Shown piece by piece: positions 63,699 through 64,000 of a stretch of 64,000 nt of DNA; within the stretch, counting starts at the first letter, position 1; the number at the start of each line of letters is the position of its first letter. A model generated the notes under the pieces. It was not told the DNA's origin. It made no database searches and saw only the letters and a list, made by a program, of their open reading frames with translations. This DNA is from Bigelowiella natans CCMP2755. Lineage: Eukaryota; Protista; Cercozoa. Made by a program: the position numbers and the translations under genes. The stretch spans positions 16,280 to 80,279 of the forward strand of contig ADNK01002347.1 of assembly GCA_000320545.1 (NCBI GenBank), given 5' to 3'.

Positions 63699-64000
63699 CG
63701 CAGAAGGGACCCTTACAAGCATCTGTTCCGCATGCTCGTGGTATACTTTCGTTCAATACGCTTTGCGTTTTTGGCACCATCGTAGCCAACAAAAACAGCA
63801 AGATCATTAGCAGCAGGAATGTTCTTCATTTGATCAAACCTTCTACATCTTCTGACACAGCACCTGGATTTCCACCGGAAAGCTTCTTCAATAATCGTGT
63901 GTTTCTTCCTCCGCGCATCTTCTCCTCCTCCTTTTCCTCCCCAGCTTCTTCTTCTGACTACGTGATGATTAGTACCTTGATCACCCTTCTCTCGATGTGT
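57852..64000 (-). CDS. Tubulin-tyrosine-ligase-like protein (probable polyglutamylase, closest to TTLL2 type); 5' end beyond window
   Basis: Exons in order: [70 protein letters not shown]...[44 protein letters not shown]...[23 protein letters not shown]. The 3' end is approximate. Confidence 0.9.
59887..60014. repeat. Compound (CA)n/(CACACG)n/(CG)n microsatellite in an intron; representative of dozens of intronic SSRs in the window
   Basis: Directly visible. Similar (GA)n, (TA)n, (CA)n, (GAT)n, (TAG)n, (CAG)n and poly-G/C tracts fill introns of the PhoD, PX, BT1, ABHD, PUB and TTLL genes. Confidence 0.95.

Noticed and set aside
1-64000. Transposons, viral insertions, rRNA/tRNA genes, telomeric repeats
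   Set aside because: No transposase, RT, integrase or capsid motifs, terminal repeats or structured-RNA signatures were recognised by eye. Decayed elements within the TpA-depleted patches cannot be excluded.

Overview
Eukaryotic nuclear DNA from a gene-dense, intron-rich protist. The style (short GT-AG introns, many packed with microsatellites) suggests a chlorarachniophyte/cercozoan, but that is an impression only. The ORF track misses most genes because they are split into small exons. By manual splicing I reconstruct about 13 genes: a ~2400-aa TPR-DENN-PH protein, a small ankyrin protein, a PhoD-family phosphatase, a membrane protein with a TMD0-like-PX-PX-DEP-PX architecture, a second ankyrin gene built from tandem exon+intron units, a BT1 folate/biopterin transporter, a damaged class C GPCR with a periplasmic-binding-protein-like ectodomain, a stand-alone class II PurE-like protein, an ABHD/YheT-like pseudo-hydrolase, an unknown multipass membrane protein, a secreted TIGR02466-type 2OG-Fe(II) oxygenase, a PUB-domain protein, and the 3' part of a TTLL2-like tubulin glutamylase. 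The most striking signal is in two patches (~23.9-26.8 kb and ~49.6-51.3 kb). There TpA is almost eliminated, TpG/CpA is in excess, CpG is kept and CTAG is spared. Tandem duplicates inside the first patch differ at about ten sites by TA<->TG/CA. This looks like a localised, context-specific A-to-G hypermutation process, a mirror image of fungal RIP. No rRNA, tRNA, CRISPR or recognisable transposase was found. All exon structures and counts were done by eye.
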